From an uncultured Flavobacteriales bacterium (GTDB lineage: Bacteria > Bacteroidota > Bacteroidia > Flavobacteriales > UBA1820), in NCBI GenBank assembly GCA_902478645.1, contig CABSLV010000004.1:24411-88410 (forward strand): a stretch of 64,000 bases of DNA. Direction: 5' to 3'. The stretch's first letter is position 1. Every line of letters starts with the position of its first letter. Shown here piece by piece: positions 47,981 to 59,775 of this stretch. A program made the translations under genes and the position numbers. The notes beneath the pieces are model-generated. The model saw only the letters and a list, made by a program, of their open reading frames with translations, did no database searches and was not told where the DNA came from.

Positions 47981-49723
47981 TCATTCGAGCATAATATCGG
48001 ATACCGCCGCACCGGCCGGCACCATGGGGAACACATCGTCTTCCTTTTCCACCCGGACCTCCAGGAGGAATGCATCCGGACTTTCGAGCATCCGGGCAAT
48101 GGCCCCGTCGAGGTCTTCGCGTTTTTCCACCAGCTCGTATCCCACTTCGTTGGCACGGGCGATGAGCGAATACTCCGGACTGAGCATATCGGTAAACGAG
48201 TACCTGCGGTTATAGAACAGTTCCTGCCACTGACGCACCATGCCCAGATAGTTGTTGTTCAGCAGGACGATCTTGACTCCCACGCGGCTCTGCATGATGG
48301 TAGCCAACTCCTGGATATTCATCTGCAGACCTCCGTCGCCCACGAACAGGACCACCTGCCGATCGGGACAGCCCAACTTGGCCCCCACCGCTGCCGGCAG
48401 TCCGTAGCCCATCGTGCCCAGACCGCCCGAAGTAATGAGCGTACGCGGAGTCGTATATCGGCAATACCGCGCGGCAAACATCTGGTGCTGGCCTACGTCG
48501 GTTACCATGATCGTGTCCTTGGGAGCTGCATCCGACACTTTGCGTACCGCCTCCCCCATCCGGATGCGTCCCGAAGCCGGATGCAGGGCCGGAGAGATGA
48601 TCTTTTGCTCCTCGACCTTGTCGCATGCGCGGAATTCGGCGATCCACGCGCTGTGGTCCTGCGCAGAAACCATCTCGGTGAGCATCGGCAAGGTCTGTTT
48701 CACATCGCCCACCACCGGCACGTCGGCATAGACGATCTTGTTCACCTCCGAGGGGTCTATCTCCAGGTGGATGATCTTGGCCCCCATCCCGAACTTGTCC
48801 GGATCGCCCGTCACGCGGTCGTCGAAACGCATTCCGATGGCCACCAACAAGTCGCAATCCTTGTTCTTGATGTTCGGCCCGTAGTTGCCGTGCATCCCGA
48901 GCATGCCTACGTTCTGCGGGTGGTCGCTCGGCAAGGCCGAAAGCCCCAGCAGGGTCGAGGCGGCCGGCATGCCGCTTTTCTCCAGAAAAGCGACCAGTTC
49001 CTTTTCGGCATTTCCCAACAGCACACCCTGCCCCACCAGCGCCATCGGCCGACGGGCCAGGTTGATCAAACGTGCCGCCTCGGCCACCTGTTCCCGATCG
49101 GGAGCGGGAGTAGGCACGTAGCTGCGGATATGCTCCACTTTCTTGTAACAAAAATCCATCATCCCCACCTGGGCATCCTTGGTGATGTCCACCACCACCG
49201 GACCCGGGCGTCCGCTGCGGGCGATGTAAAAAGCCTTGGCAATGGCCTCGGGGATGTCCTGCGCCCGCTTGACCTGACAGTTCCACTTGGTTACCGCCTG
49301 GGTGATGCCGATGAAGTTGGTCTCCTGAAAGGCATCCGTGCCCAACAGCGAGGAAGCCACCTGTCCGCTGATGAGTACCACCGGGGTGGAATCCAACAAA
49401 GCGTCGGCCAGGCCGGTTACCGTATTGGTCGCCCCCGGTCCGGAGGTAACCATGCACACTCCCACGCGGCCCGTGGCACGGGCATAGCCCTCGGCGGCAT
49501 GCACCGCAGCCTGTTCGTGGCGCACCAGGATGTGGTCGATCCGATCGCGATAGTCGTATAAGGCGTCGTAGATCGGGATCACCGCGCCGCCCGGATACCC
49601 GAAAATGGTTTCCGTGCCTTCCGCCAGGAAAGACTCGATGATGGCCTGCGAACCGGATATTCGCCGGGGAGTCCCGCAGGGATTGTTGGAAGTCTGTGTA
49701 TCTTGTGTATCTTTTGTGTTCAT
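47981..49723 (-). CDS. ilvB: Acetolactate synthase large subunit (biosynthetic)
   Basis: ThDP enzyme motifs GYPGGAVIPIYDAL and GGLGTMGYGLPAAVGAK...GDGGLQMNIQEL. Start trimmed to MNTKDTQ at 49723. Confidence 0.92.
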   Translation of the reverse strand: MNTKDTQDTQTSNNPCGTPRRISGSQAIIESFLAEGTETIFGYPGGAVIPIYDALYDYRDRIDHILVRHEQAAVHAAEGYARATGRVGVCMVTSGPGATNTVTGLADALLDSTPVVLISGQVASSLLGTDAFQETNFIGITQAVTKWNCQVKRAQDIPEAIAKAFYIARSGRPGPVVVDITKDAQVGMMDFCYKKVEHIRSYVPTPAPDREQVAEAARLINLARRPMALVGQGVLLGNAEKELVAFLEKSGMPAASTLLGLSALPSDHPQNVGMLGMHGNYGPNIKNKDCDLLVAIGMRFDDRVTGDPDKFGMGAKIIHLEIDPSEVNKIVYADVPVVGDVKQTLPMLTEMVSAQDHSAWIAEFRACDKVEEQKIISPALHPASGRIRMGEAVRKVSDAAPKDTIMVTDVGQHQMFAARYCRYTTPRTLITSGGLGTMGYGLPAAVGAKLGCPDRQVVLFVGDGGLQMNIQELATIMQSRVGVKIVLLNNNYLGMVRQWQELFYNRRYSFTDMLSPEYSLIARANEVGYELVEKREDLDGAIARMLESPDAFLLEVRVEKEDDVFPMVPAGAAVSDIMLE

Positions 49724-49769
49724 ATTTATGGATTTGCCTGATGAAAAAATCGTTTTACCCGCTCGCACC

Positions 49770-51623
49770 TCATCGTTCGATCTCCCGCACAGCGCCCTTG
49801 TCGGCCGAGCTTACCAGCATGGCGTACGCTTGGAGCGAACGCGGCACGACTCGCTGGCGGGATACGGGTTTGAATTCTTTCATGGCCTTCATCCGGCGGT
49901 CTATCTCATCGGCATCGACCAACAGTTCGATGCGCCGCTCGGGGATGTCGATAGCGATGCGGTCGCCGTCGCGCACAATGGCGATCTGCCCGCCGGCCGC
50001 CGCCTCGGGCGACACGTGGCCGATGGAAAGTCCCGAGGAACCTCCGGAGAAACGCCCGTCGGTTACCAGGGCGCAAGCCTTGCCCAGGTGCATCGACTTG
50101 AGATACGACGTGGGATAGAGCATCTCCTGCATTCCCGGGCCGCCCCGCGGGCCTTCGTAGCGGATCACCACTACGTCGCCGGCCTTTACCCGTCCGCCGA
50201 GGATACCCTCCACGGCCTGTTCCTGCGATTCGAAGACTACGGCCGTTCCCTCGAAGCGGAAAAGCGACGGATCCACCCCTGCCGTCTTGACAATGCAGCC
50301 GTCGGCTGCTATGTTTCCTTTCAGCACGGCCAAGCCGCCGTCCTGGAAATACGCGTGTTCCACATCCCGGATGCAGCCTTGCGCACGGTCGGTATCCATC
50401 TCGGGATAATACGTCTGCTGCGAACCCATCTCATTGGAAAAACGTCCTGCGGGAGCACTGAGGTACAGTTTCTTCGCCTCGGGCGAAAAGTCCGGCGAGG
50501 CCACATCGTAGCGGGCCAGCACATCGCCCAGGGTCTCTCCGTCCGCCCGGTTGACCAGCGTATCGACCAGTCCGGCACGGGCCAGGATCCCCAGGATCGC
50601 CATGATACCTCCGGCGCGGTTGACGTCCTGCACGTGGTAATGTCCGTTGGGCGCCACCTTGCACAACACCGGCACCCGGCGAGAAAGGCGGTCGATATCG
50701 GCCATCGTGAAGTCCACGCCCGCTTCCCGGGCGATGGCCAGCAGGTGCAGCACCGTATTGGTCGAACCTCCCATGGCGATGTCGAGCGACATTGCATTCT
50801 CGAAGGCTGCCTTGGTGGCCACCGAACGCGGCAGGCCCGAATCGTCCCCGTCGCGGTAGTACCGCTCGGCCATCCGGACGATGGTGCGCGCCGCACGGCG
50901 GAACATTTCCTCGCGGTTGGCGTGCGTAGCTACGACCGTGCCGTTGCCGGGGAAGGCCATTCCGATGGCTTCGGCCAGGCAGTTCATCGAATTGGCGGTG
51001 AACATCCCGGAACACGAGCCGCATCCGGGGCAGGCGCACCCTTCCAATTCCTGCACGTCGGCATCGGACACGCTGGCGTCGGCACTCATGACCATCGTAT
51101 CGATCAGATCGACCCCGCGTCCGCGGAAATTGCCGGCTTCCATCGGCCCGCCGGAGACGAATATCGTGGGGATGTTCAGCCGCATGGCGGCCATGAGCAT
51201 CCCGGGAGTTATCTTGTCGCAGTTGCTGATGCACACCAAGACATCGGCCTTGTGCGCATTGACCATGTATTCCACGCTGTCAGCGATGATCTCGCGCGAG
51301 GGCAGCGAATAGAGCATACCGTCATGCCCCATGGCGATCCCGTCGTCGATGGCGATGGTATTGAACTCGGCGGCAAAGCAACCCAGGGCTTCCACTTCGG
51401 ACTTGACGATCTGTCCCACCCGGTGCAGATGCACGTGCCCGGGGACGAACTGGGTAAACGAATTGGCGATCGCGATGACCGGGCGCCCCATCTGTTCCTT
51501 TTTCATGCCATTGGCCTTCCACAGCGCGCGTGCTCCGGCCATGCGGCGGGAATCCATCGTCTGTGCGCTGCGAAGCGGGTTTTTCATTTCTTCTTTTTCC
51601 ATGACGGTATCTTTTGTTTTCAT
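49770..51623 (-). CDS. ilvD: Dihydroxy-acid dehydratase
   Basis: RALWKANGM..., [12 protein letters not shown] and [20 protein letters not shown] motifs. Start uncertain: 51623 (MKTKDTV), 51602 or 51587. Confidence 0.92.
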   Translation of the reverse strand: MKTKDTVMEKEEMKNPLRSAQTMDSRRMAGARALWKANGMKKEQMGRPVIAIANSFTQFVPGHVHLHRVGQIVKSEVEALGCFAAEFNTIAIDDGIAMGHDGMLYSLPSREIIADSVEYMVNAHKADVLVCISNCDKITPGMLMAAMRLNIPTIFVSGGPMEAGNFRGRGVDLIDTMVMSADASVSDADVQELEGCACPGCGSCSGMFTANSMNCLAEAIGMAFPGNGTVVATHANREEMFRRAARTIVRMAERYYRDGDDSGLPRSVATKAAFENAMSLDIAMGGSTNTVLHLLAIAREAGVDFTMADIDRLSRRVPVLCKVAPNGHYHVQDVNRAGGIMAILGILARAGLVDTLVNRADGETLGDVLARYDVASPDFSPEAKKLYLSAPAGRFSNEMGSQQTYYPEMDTDRAQGCIRDVEHAYFQDGGLAVLKGNIAADGCIVKTAGVDPSLFRFEGTAVVFESQEQAVEGILGGRVKAGDVVVIRYEGPRGGPGMQEMLYPTSYLKSMHLGKACALVTDGRFSGGSSGLSIGHVSPEAAAGGQIAIVRDGDRIAIDIPERRIELLVDADEIDRRMKAMKEFKPVSRQRVVPRSLQAYAMLVSSADKGAVREIER

Positions 51624-51641
51624 GCGAAACGAGCAGGATCG

Positions 51642-51673
51642 AAAAAAGCCTCTCTCACCGAGTGAGAAAGGCT
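51642..51673 (-). terminator. Attenuator terminator of the ilv-leu operon leader
   Basis: RNA AAGCCUUUCUCAC-UCG-GUGAGAGAGGCUU, 13 bp with one G-U pair, followed by a U6 run. It lies 19 nt upstream of the ilvD ATG. Its 5' arm can alternatively pair perfectly (13 bp) with GAGUGAGAAAGGC at the end of the leader ORF (51711-51723). Confidence 0.8.
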
Positions 51674-51703
51674 TTCGTATGTGTCCGAAAAACGGCCGCA
51701 ACT

Positions 51704-51781
51704 TCACGCGCCTTTCTCACTCCCTGGGGTAATGACCACGGGCAGCAGCAGGACGCCAATTAGAGCAACGGCATTTTTCAT
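51704..51781 (-). CDS. ilv leader peptide (25 aa, BCAA-rich)
   Basis: Hand translated: ATG AAA AAT GCC GTT GCT CTA ATT GGC GTC CTG CTG CTG CCC GTG GTC ATT ACC CCA GGG AGT GAG AAA GGC GCG TGA. This gives [25 protein letters not shown]. Ten of the thirteen residues 5-17 are Val, Leu or Ile. Confidence 0.75.
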   Translation of the reverse strand: MKNAVALIGVLLLPVVITPGSEKGA

Positions 51782-51803
51782 TGTATTTTCTTTATTGACC
51801 CGA

Positions 51804-51836
51804 CAAATGTAATGCGATCTTTCCTTTCGTTCCAAA
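51804..51836 (-). promoter_or_regulatory. Bacteroidota-type promoter for the ilv leader/operon
   Basis: On the minus strand, TTTG (51833-51836), a 21-nt spacer, then TACATTTG (51804-51811). It lies about 23 nt upstream of the leader ATG. Confidence 0.65.
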
Positions 51837-51885
51837 TGTTTTCTTGACTTTTTTACACCCGGAAACGTTTTTTTATGAAAAAGAT

Positions 51886-52542
51886 TTATTCTGCCCGGAC
51901 GTTTTTTTTCTTGCGCAGGGCCTTATACACCAGAAAAGCCACCACCACCGCACACGCAGCAATAAAGAGATAGCCCATCTCGTGGCTGTACTGGTTGATC
52001 TTCTCCTGCAACTGCTCCCGGGTGTCGATCCCCGGCACGGTGGAAAGATAGTACCCGATGGCCGCCAGGATGCAGTTCCAGATACCCGCACCGAGAGTCG
52101 TGTAGAGCAGGAACGGCCCCATTTTCATCCGCGCCAGTCCCGCCGGAATGGAGATCAGCTGGCGGATGGCCGGCAACAGACGTCCCACGAAAGTGGACAC
52201 CGCCCCGTGTTTGTCAAAATAATCCTCGGCCTTCTGCACCTTTTCCTGGTCGATCAGGCACATGTGCCCCAAACGGCTGTTGGCAAAGCGGTAAACGATG
52301 GGGCGTCCCAGCCAACGCGCCAGGTAGTAATTGAACAGCGCGCCGATGTCCGCACCCAGGGTAGCGAACAGCACCACCAGCGAAATGCTCATCTTGCCGT
52401 CGATGGCCGCCATGTAGGCCGCCGGGGGGACGACCAGTTCGGAAGGAAAGGGGATAAACGAACTCTCGATCGCCATCAGGACCGTGATCCAGAAGTAATT
52501 GAGGTTGTCGAGGATCGCTTGGATGAATTCTGCGGATTCCAT
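51886..52542 (-). CDS. dedA: DedA-family membrane protein
   Basis: ESSFIPFPSE... and GRLLPAIRQLISIPAG motifs. 218 aa. Confidence 0.85.
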   Translation of the reverse strand: MESAEFIQAILDNLNYFWITVLMAIESSFIPFPSELVVPPAAYMAAIDGKMSISLVVLFATLGADIGALFNYYLARWLGRPIVYRFANSRLGHMCLIDQEKVQKAEDYFDKHGAVSTFVGRLLPAIRQLISIPAGLARMKMGPFLLYTTLGAGIWNCILAAIGYYLSTVPGIDTREQLQEKINQYSHEMGYLFIAACAVVVAFLVYKALRKKKNVRAE

Positions 52543-52688
52543 ACGGGAAAACTTTGGTTTTTACTTTGCGAAAATAAAAAGAATCTCCCGATTTTTCGCC
52601 CTGCCCGCTCCGCGCGGGACAAAAAATCCGGGAAAAACACTACCTTTGACCTTTGGCGCGCAAAGTGCCCTTGCTTTTTATCACACGT

Positions 52689-54488
<1,800 letters not shown>

Positions 54489-54598
54489 CCCCGCCCCGTC
54501 CCCCGGGATTTCCGCCGAGGGCCGAAAAGATCCCCTGCCGGACAACACTCCCGCACGCAGTCTGAACACAGAAAGACAAAAGACAACATAACAAACGT

Positions 54599-55090
54599 AT
54601 GAAAGTAGGTATCATCATGGGGTCGGACTCCGACCTGAAAATCATGCAGCAGGCCGAAGCCGTCCTGCACGAACTGGGTGTCGAAACCGAAATGGATGTC
54701 ATGTCCGCCCACCGCACGCCCGAACGGGTATTGGACTATGCCCGGGGAGCTTACGAGCGCGGAGTAGCCGTGATCATCGCCGGAGCGGGCGGCGCCGCCC
54801 ACCTGGCCGGATTTGTCGCCGCGGTGAGCGCCATGCCGGTGATCGCCGTTCCCATCAAATCGTCCAACTCGATCGACGGCTGGGACTCCATCCTTTCGAT
54901 GCTGCAAATGCCTTCGGGCGTGCCGGTAGCCACCGTCGCCCTGGACGGCGCCCGCAACGCCGGCATCCTGGCCGCACAGATCCTTTCGGTAGCCGATCCG
55001 CAGCTCCACCAGCGCCTGGTGGACTTCAAGGAAGCGATGAAGGAAAAGGTCTATGCCGCCAGCGCCCGGGTACGCGAGCAAGCAAAATAA
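54599..55090 (+). CDS. purE: N5-carboxyaminoimidazole ribonucleotide mutase
   Basis: VGIIMGSDSDL, SAHRTPE and AGGAAHLAG motifs. Confidence 0.92.
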   Translation: MKVGIIMGSDSDLKIMQQAEAVLHELGVETEMDVMSAHRTPERVLDYARGAYERGVAVIIAGAGGAAHLAGFVAAVSAMPVIAVPIKSSNSIDGWDSILSMLQMPSGVPVATVALDGARNAGILAAQILSVADPQLHQRLVDFKEAMKEKVYAASARVREQAK

Positions 55091-55234
55091 GTTCTCTCCT
55101 TCCGGGACGACCACAACGGTAGTTCCCAAAAATCCGAAAGACCGGAGTGCCCGTGGCCACCCCGCAACGACTTCGCCCGAAGGCAAAAACACCCCGAAGG
55201 GAGAAGCATTGAAAAAAGTTGAAAAAAATACGTA

Positions 55235-55280
55235 TTTTTGTCCCGCTGGAAACCGCTCCCGGCTTTCAGCGGGACAAAAA
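55235..55280. terminator. Hairpin flanked by A/T runs, probable terminator after purE
   Basis: tttttgtcccgctg ... cagcgggacaaaaa, a 14-bp stem with an 18-nt loop. A-run upstream and T/A-run within the arms. Confidence 0.45.
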
Positions 55281-55508
55281 ATATTCGTTCCATCCCACCG
55301 ATAGATAGCAGGCATTGAAAAAACTCTTTCCCGTTTTTGCACGCCGCTGCGTGTTTTTCATCCGCATCTGAAGCCCGGCCCGTACCGGTGATCCCCTTCT
55401 GCGGGCTTCTGCAAGTGCTCCGCTTTTCGGGATCCGTTTCTCCCCGATTTCTTTTTCACCGATCGTTCCACCGGGTTTTGTTCCCTCAAAAATTCGCATT
55501 ATCAAAGG

Positions 55509-56906
55509 ATGAAAACAAGTTACATAGACCTGATCGACCAGACGTTCTACTTCCCGCAGGAAGAATTCGACCTCAAAGGAGACAACCTCACCTTTCACGG
55601 CATCGATCTGATGGGGCTGATCGAGAAATACGGAACTCCGCTGCGCCTGACCTACCTGCCGCGCATCTCGGAAAACATCCAGCGGGCCAAGCGCATCTTC
55701 GCCCAGGCGATGCAGAAGAACGATTACCACGCTTCGTACAACTACTGTTACTGCACCAAAAGTTCGCATTACAGCTTCATCCTGCACGAAGCGCTCAAGA
55801 ACGACATCCACATCGAGACTTCCTCGGCCTACGACATCCCCATCGTGGAAAAACTGATCGCCGAAGGACGCCTGGCCAAAGACAGCTACATCCTGTGCAA
55901 CGGATTCAAACGGGGCAAGTACATCGACTACATCGCCCGGCTGATCAACACCGGCCACCCGAACACGATCCCCATCATCGACAACGATGACGAAATAGAC
56001 TACCTCTGCCAAGCGATCGACCGCCCCTTCGAGATCGGCATCCGCATCGCCTCGGAAGAGGAACCGAAATTCACCTTCTACACTTCGCGTCTGGGCATCA
56101 AGTACCGAGACATCGCTCCCCTGTACCGCCGGGTGATCAAAAACCACCCGAAGGTTCGGCTGAAGATGCTCCACTTTTTCATCAACACCGGCATCAAGGA
56201 CAGCGCCTACTACTGGAACGAACTGCTCAAATGCCTCAAGGTGTACGCCGACCTGAAAAAGGACTGCCCGGAACTCGATTCGCTCAACATCGGCGGGGGC
56301 TTCCCCATCAAGACTTCTCTGGCCTTCGAGTACGACTACCAGTACATGGCCGACGAGATCATCGGACAGATCAAGATGATGTGCGAAGACCGGGAAATCC
56401 CGGTACCGAACATCTTCACCGAATTCGGCACCTTTACCGTCGGGGAGAGCGGAGCAACCATCTACGAAGTGATGCACCAAAAGGAGCAGAACGACCGGGA
56501 ACGTTGGGACATGATCAACTCCTCGTTCATGACCACCCTGCCGGACGCCTGGGCCATCAACCAGCGTTTTGTCCTGCTGCCCATCAACCGCTGGCGCGAC
56601 CCGTACGAACGGGTACTGATGGGAGGGCTGACCTGCGACTCGGACGACTTCTACAACTCCGAACAGCACGTCAATGCCATCTACATGCCGAAATTCAGCG
56701 AGAAAAAACCGCTTTACATCGGATTTTTCAACACCGGAGCCTACCAGGACGAATTGGCCGGCGTAGGCGGCATCCAGCACTGCCTGATCCCCCAGCCGCA
56801 ACACATCATCATGGACAAGGACGAGCACGGGAACTACACGGACCGTGTCTTCCGTCGGGAACAGACGGCCGAGGAATTCATGGAAATCCTGGGCTATAAC
56901 GAATAG
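55509..56906 (+). CDS. Fold-type III PLP-dependent decarboxylase, short arginine decarboxylase-like
   Basis: 465 aa. YIDLIDQTFYFPQEEF...YGTPLRLTYLP...YCTKSSH (PLP Lys)...HIETSSAYD. Resembles the approximately 465-aa arginine decarboxylases of Flavobacteriia (from memory). Confidence 0.75.
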   Translation: MKTSYIDLIDQTFYFPQEEFDLKGDNLTFHGIDLMGLIEKYGTPLRLTYLPRISENIQRAKRIFAQAMQKNDYHASYNYCYCTKSSHYSFILHEALKNDIHIETSSAYDIPIVEKLIAEGRLAKDSYILCNGFKRGKYIDYIARLINTGHPNTIPIIDNDDEIDYLCQAIDRPFEIGIRIASEEEPKFTFYTSRLGIKYRDIAPLYRRVIKNHPKVRLKMLHFFINTGIKDSAYYWNELLKCLKVYADLKKDCPELDSLNIGGGFPIKTSLAFEYDYQYMADEIIGQIKMMCEDREIPVPNIFTEFGTFTVGESGATIYEVMHQKEQNDRERWDMINSSFMTTLPDAWAINQRFVLLPINRWRDPYERVLMGGLTCDSDDFYNSEQHVNAIYMPKFSEKKPLYIGFFNTGAYQDELAGVGGIQHCLIPQPQHIIMDKDEHGNYTDRVFRREQTAEEFMEILGYNE

Positions 56907-56960
56907 AAAAGCCGTTCATAAAGGCATCTGAATGCTTTTTTTCGGTTTTTTCGAGAAAAA

Positions 56961-56993
56961 TTTGGCGGTTTCAAAAATTTAACCCTATATTTG
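56961..56993 (+). promoter_or_regulatory. Bacteroidota-type promoter for tRNA-Phe
   Basis: TTTG (56961-56964), a 21-nt spacer, then TATATTTG (56986-56993). The tRNA 5' end is at 57006. Confidence 0.7.
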
Positions 56994-57005
56994 CACCGCT
57001 GTAAA

Positions 57006-57078
57006 GGTACCCTAGCTCAGTTGGTAGAGCAAAGGACTGAAAATCCTTGTGTCCCTGGTTCGATTCCTGGGGGTACCA
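57006..57078 (+). tRNA. tRNA-Phe (anticodon GAA)
   Basis: GGTACCCTAGCTCAGTTGGTAGAGCAAAGGACTGAAAATCCTTGTGTCCCTGGTTCGATTCCTGGGGGTACCA. Anticodon loop CTGAAAA. The T stem CCTGG/CCTGG has a central U-U mismatch. Confidence 0.9.
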
Positions 57079-57097
57079 CAAACAAAAGCATTCCTCC

Positions 57098-57131
57098 ATC
57101 GCGGCAACCGTACAGGTTGCCGCGATTTTTT
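57098..57131 (+). terminator. Intrinsic terminator after tRNA-Phe
   Basis: atcgcggcaacc-gtaca-ggttgccgcgat followed by T5. Confidence 0.85.
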
Positions 57132-57265
57132 GTTCTCAGCATCGTTCACGACGGCGCCCCTCTCCCAGATACTCCCGACAAAAAGTCCGTTTTTCCCCCA
57201 ACCTTTCCTTTGAGGAGGAAAATTAATCGTTACATTTGTTTTCAGGATCAAAAAAACGACAGACG

Positions 57266-57922
57266 ATGAAAATACACGACTACAGCCAGGAGAAATCCCT
57301 GCTCAGTTCCTACATTGCCCAACTGCGCGATGTAAACCTCCAGAAAGACCGCATGCGCTTTCGCCGCAACCTGGCCCGCGTAGGAGAACTCCTCGGATAC
57401 GAACTCTCCAAAACGCTCGCCTACCAGTCCCAGGAGATCACCACACCACTGGGGACAAAATCCTGCGCCGTACTCCAGGACGAGGTCGTCATCTGCTCGA
57501 TCCTGCGGGCGGGGCTCCCTCTGCACGGAGGGCTGCTGGACTGTTTCGACCAGGCACAAAACACCTTTATCTCGGCCTACCGGCACCACCAGGAAGGCAG
57601 CCACGATTTTGACATCGTGGTCGAATACCTCGCTTCTCCCTCCCTCGAGGGGAAAGTGCTGATCATCGCCGACCCGATGCTGGCTACCGGCTCGTCCATC
57701 ATGGCGGTGTTCGAAGCACTGAAAAAATGCGGCACGCCGCGTTGCATTCACATCGTATCGGTGATCGGATCGACCTTTGGGGTGAAGGCTATTGCAGACC
57801 ATTTTGCGCCGTATCCGGCCGAACTGTGGATCGCTACGGTGGACGACGGGCTGAACGAAGACAAATACATCGTTCCGGGACTGGGCGACGCAGGAGATCT
57901 GGCTTTCGGGGAAAAACTGTAA
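57266..57922 (+). CDS. upp: Uracil phosphoribosyltransferase
   Basis: LRDVNLQKDRMRFRRNLARVGELLGYE and VLIIADPMLATGSS (PRPP motif) and YIVPGLGDAGD. Start trimmed to 57266. Confidence 0.9.
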   Translation: MKIHDYSQEKSLLSSYIAQLRDVNLQKDRMRFRRNLARVGELLGYELSKTLAYQSQEITTPLGTKSCAVLQDEVVICSILRAGLPLHGGLLDCFDQAQNTFISAYRHHQEGSHDFDIVVEYLASPSLEGKVLIIADPMLATGSSIMAVFEALKKCGTPRCIHIVSVIGSTFGVKAIADHFAPYPAELWIATVDDGLNEDKYIVPGLGDAGDLAFGEKL

Positions 57923-57941
57923 TTCTAAATCCTTTCTCATG

Positions 57942-57984
57942 CAAACAAAACGGGCGACCCTTGCAGGGCCGCCCGTTTTGTTTG
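57942..57984. terminator. 20-bp-stem palindrome, bidirectional terminator
   Basis: caaacaaaacgggcgaccct-tgc-agggccgcccgttttgtttg with one mismatch. Lies between convergent upp and the GH20 gene. Confidence 0.7.
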
Positions 57985-58003
57985 ACGAGAATATTGAACC
58001 GGA

Positions 58004-59635
58004 TTACCGGGTCGTCGGATCGTAATACGGAATGTCATACATCCGGAAGAAATCCTCCGAGAAGCGGACTCCCCACAGATCGTACCGTTCGAACTGATCG
58101 GGCATCTTGCGCAGGAAGCGCTCCCAATCCTTCTTTTCCGGCTGGGACCATACGTTTTCCGCCAAAGCGGACATACGCGGGAACAGCGCCATTTCCACCT
58201 TGCCCGTCGTGGGGAAATACTCCGTCCACATGCAAGCCTGCGCACCGATGATGTTGGCAGCCTGCTCCGGGGTCAGTTCGGCAGGGATAATGTCGTAATT
58301 GTACACCTTGTCCAAGGGAAGATAACCCTGGTGCGACACCTGCTGCTGATTGCGGGACTGGAGATTGTTGTAATACGAGTAACCCGAGGGCGTCATGATG
58401 ACCCGATGGCCGGACTTGGCGGCCGTAATGCCTCCGGCGGTTCCCTGCCAGCTCATCACCATCGCATCGGGAGCCAAACCGCCTTCGAGGATCTCGTTCC
58501 AGCCGACCGTCGTCTTTCCTTTCTTGGCGATCACATCCCCCACATAGTGGATGAAATAGCTCTGGAGTTCTTCTTCGTCCTTCAAGTTGTGCTCTTTCAT
58601 GAATTGCTGAGCCTGCTCGGACTCCTTCCACCATTTCTTGGCACATTCATCGCCTCCCACATGGATGTACTGCGAGGGGAACAGGTCGCACAACTCCGAG
58701 AACACATCGGTCAGGAAGGCGAACACCTCCGGCTTGGGTGCCAACACGTTGTTGAACTTGTTGTAGATTCCCCAGGTCTGGGCCGTCTTGTGCTCCAGAT
58801 CCGGCTGGGTGCTGAATTCGGGATGCACAGCCAGTACCGCCATGCAATGGCCCGGGATGTCGATCTCGGGGATAACGGTGATATAGCGTTCGGCGGCATA
58901 TTCAACGATCTCCTTGGCCTGCTCCTGGGTATAGTAGCCTCCGTAGGGACGTTTGCGGTACGTGCCGGGATACAATCCAAGGATTTCCCCTTCGCGGGTA
59001 GAGCCTTGGGCGGTGAGTTCCGGGTGGGACTTCATCTCCAGGCGCCAAGCCTGGTCATCGGTCAGATGCCAGTGGAAATAGTTCATCTTGTGCAACGCCA
59101 GATAGTCGATATAGCGTTTTACGTATTCCACCGGGAAGAAATGCCGGACGCAGTCGAAGTGCATGCCCCGGTATTCGAAACGGGGATAATCGTGGATCGT
59201 CACCGCCCCGATGATGGGCAGCACTCCCGCCCGGGTAGGCAGCATCTGGATAAGGCTCTGCATGCCATAGAACACACCTGGACCGTCATTTCCCTCGATA
59301 CGGATCACTTCGGGAGTAACCGTGAGGGTATATCCGCCCGAGATCTCCCCGTTTTTCCGATCGGAAAAGACGATCAGATCCTCGCCCGCATCTTTCTTGG
59401 CCAGAGCCAAACGGTATCCGAAATGGCGGTTGAAATAGTCGATGAAGTACTTTGCCGATTTTTCCGCCTCTTTGTCGGCTGCATACACGCGCGTAGCGCG
59501 GGAAATGGTAAACTGCCCCTGGCCGGAGGTCATCTCAACGGGTTCGGGAATGATCGTGGGCAAAGGAGCGTTCTTTTGCTGGGCGGAAAGGGCGCCAAAG
59601 AGCAGCAAAAAAAGACTGAAAAATGTTGTTCGCAT
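58004..59635 (-). CDS. Beta-N-acetylhexosaminidase (GH20), secreted
   Basis: Signal peptide MRTTFFSLFLLLFGALSAQQ. RGMHFDCVRHF, HWHLTDDQAWR and the HVGGDE catalytic motif. Confidence 0.9.
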   Translation of the reverse strand: MRTTFFSLFLLLFGALSAQQKNAPLPTIIPEPVEMTSGQGQFTISRATRVYAADKEAEKSAKYFIDYFNRHFGYRLALAKKDAGEDLIVFSDRKNGEISGGYTLTVTPEVIRIEGNDGPGVFYGMQSLIQMLPTRAGVLPIIGAVTIHDYPRFEYRGMHFDCVRHFFPVEYVKRYIDYLALHKMNYFHWHLTDDQAWRLEMKSHPELTAQGSTREGEILGLYPGTYRKRPYGGYYTQEQAKEIVEYAAERYITVIPEIDIPGHCMAVLAVHPEFSTQPDLEHKTAQTWGIYNKFNNVLAPKPEVFAFLTDVFSELCDLFPSQYIHVGGDECAKKWWKESEQAQQFMKEHNLKDEEELQSYFIHYVGDVIAKKGKTTVGWNEILEGGLAPDAMVMSWQGTAGGITAAKSGHRVIMTPSGYSYYNNLQSRNQQQVSHQGYLPLDKVYNYDIIPAELTPEQAANIIGAQACMWTEYFPTTGKVEMALFPRMSALAENVWSQPEKKDWERFLRKMPDQFERYDLWGVRFSEDFFRMYDIPYYDPTTR

Positions 59636-59775
59636 AATTCTTTAACGTTTTTTGTGGTACAGGTTTTCCGGCATTGCGAGAATACCGCTTGAAAGTTGCA
59701 AATATAACCGATAAATCGGTTTTCCCGGCAAATGGTTTATCTTTGTCTGATCGTAAAAAACAAAAAAGTGCCGAA

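Noticed and set aside
56991-57269. 92-aa plus ORF and 79-aa minus ORF over the tRNA-Phe region
   Set aside because: Both overlap a canonical tRNA-Phe with its own promoter and terminator, and the sequences have no protein-like features.
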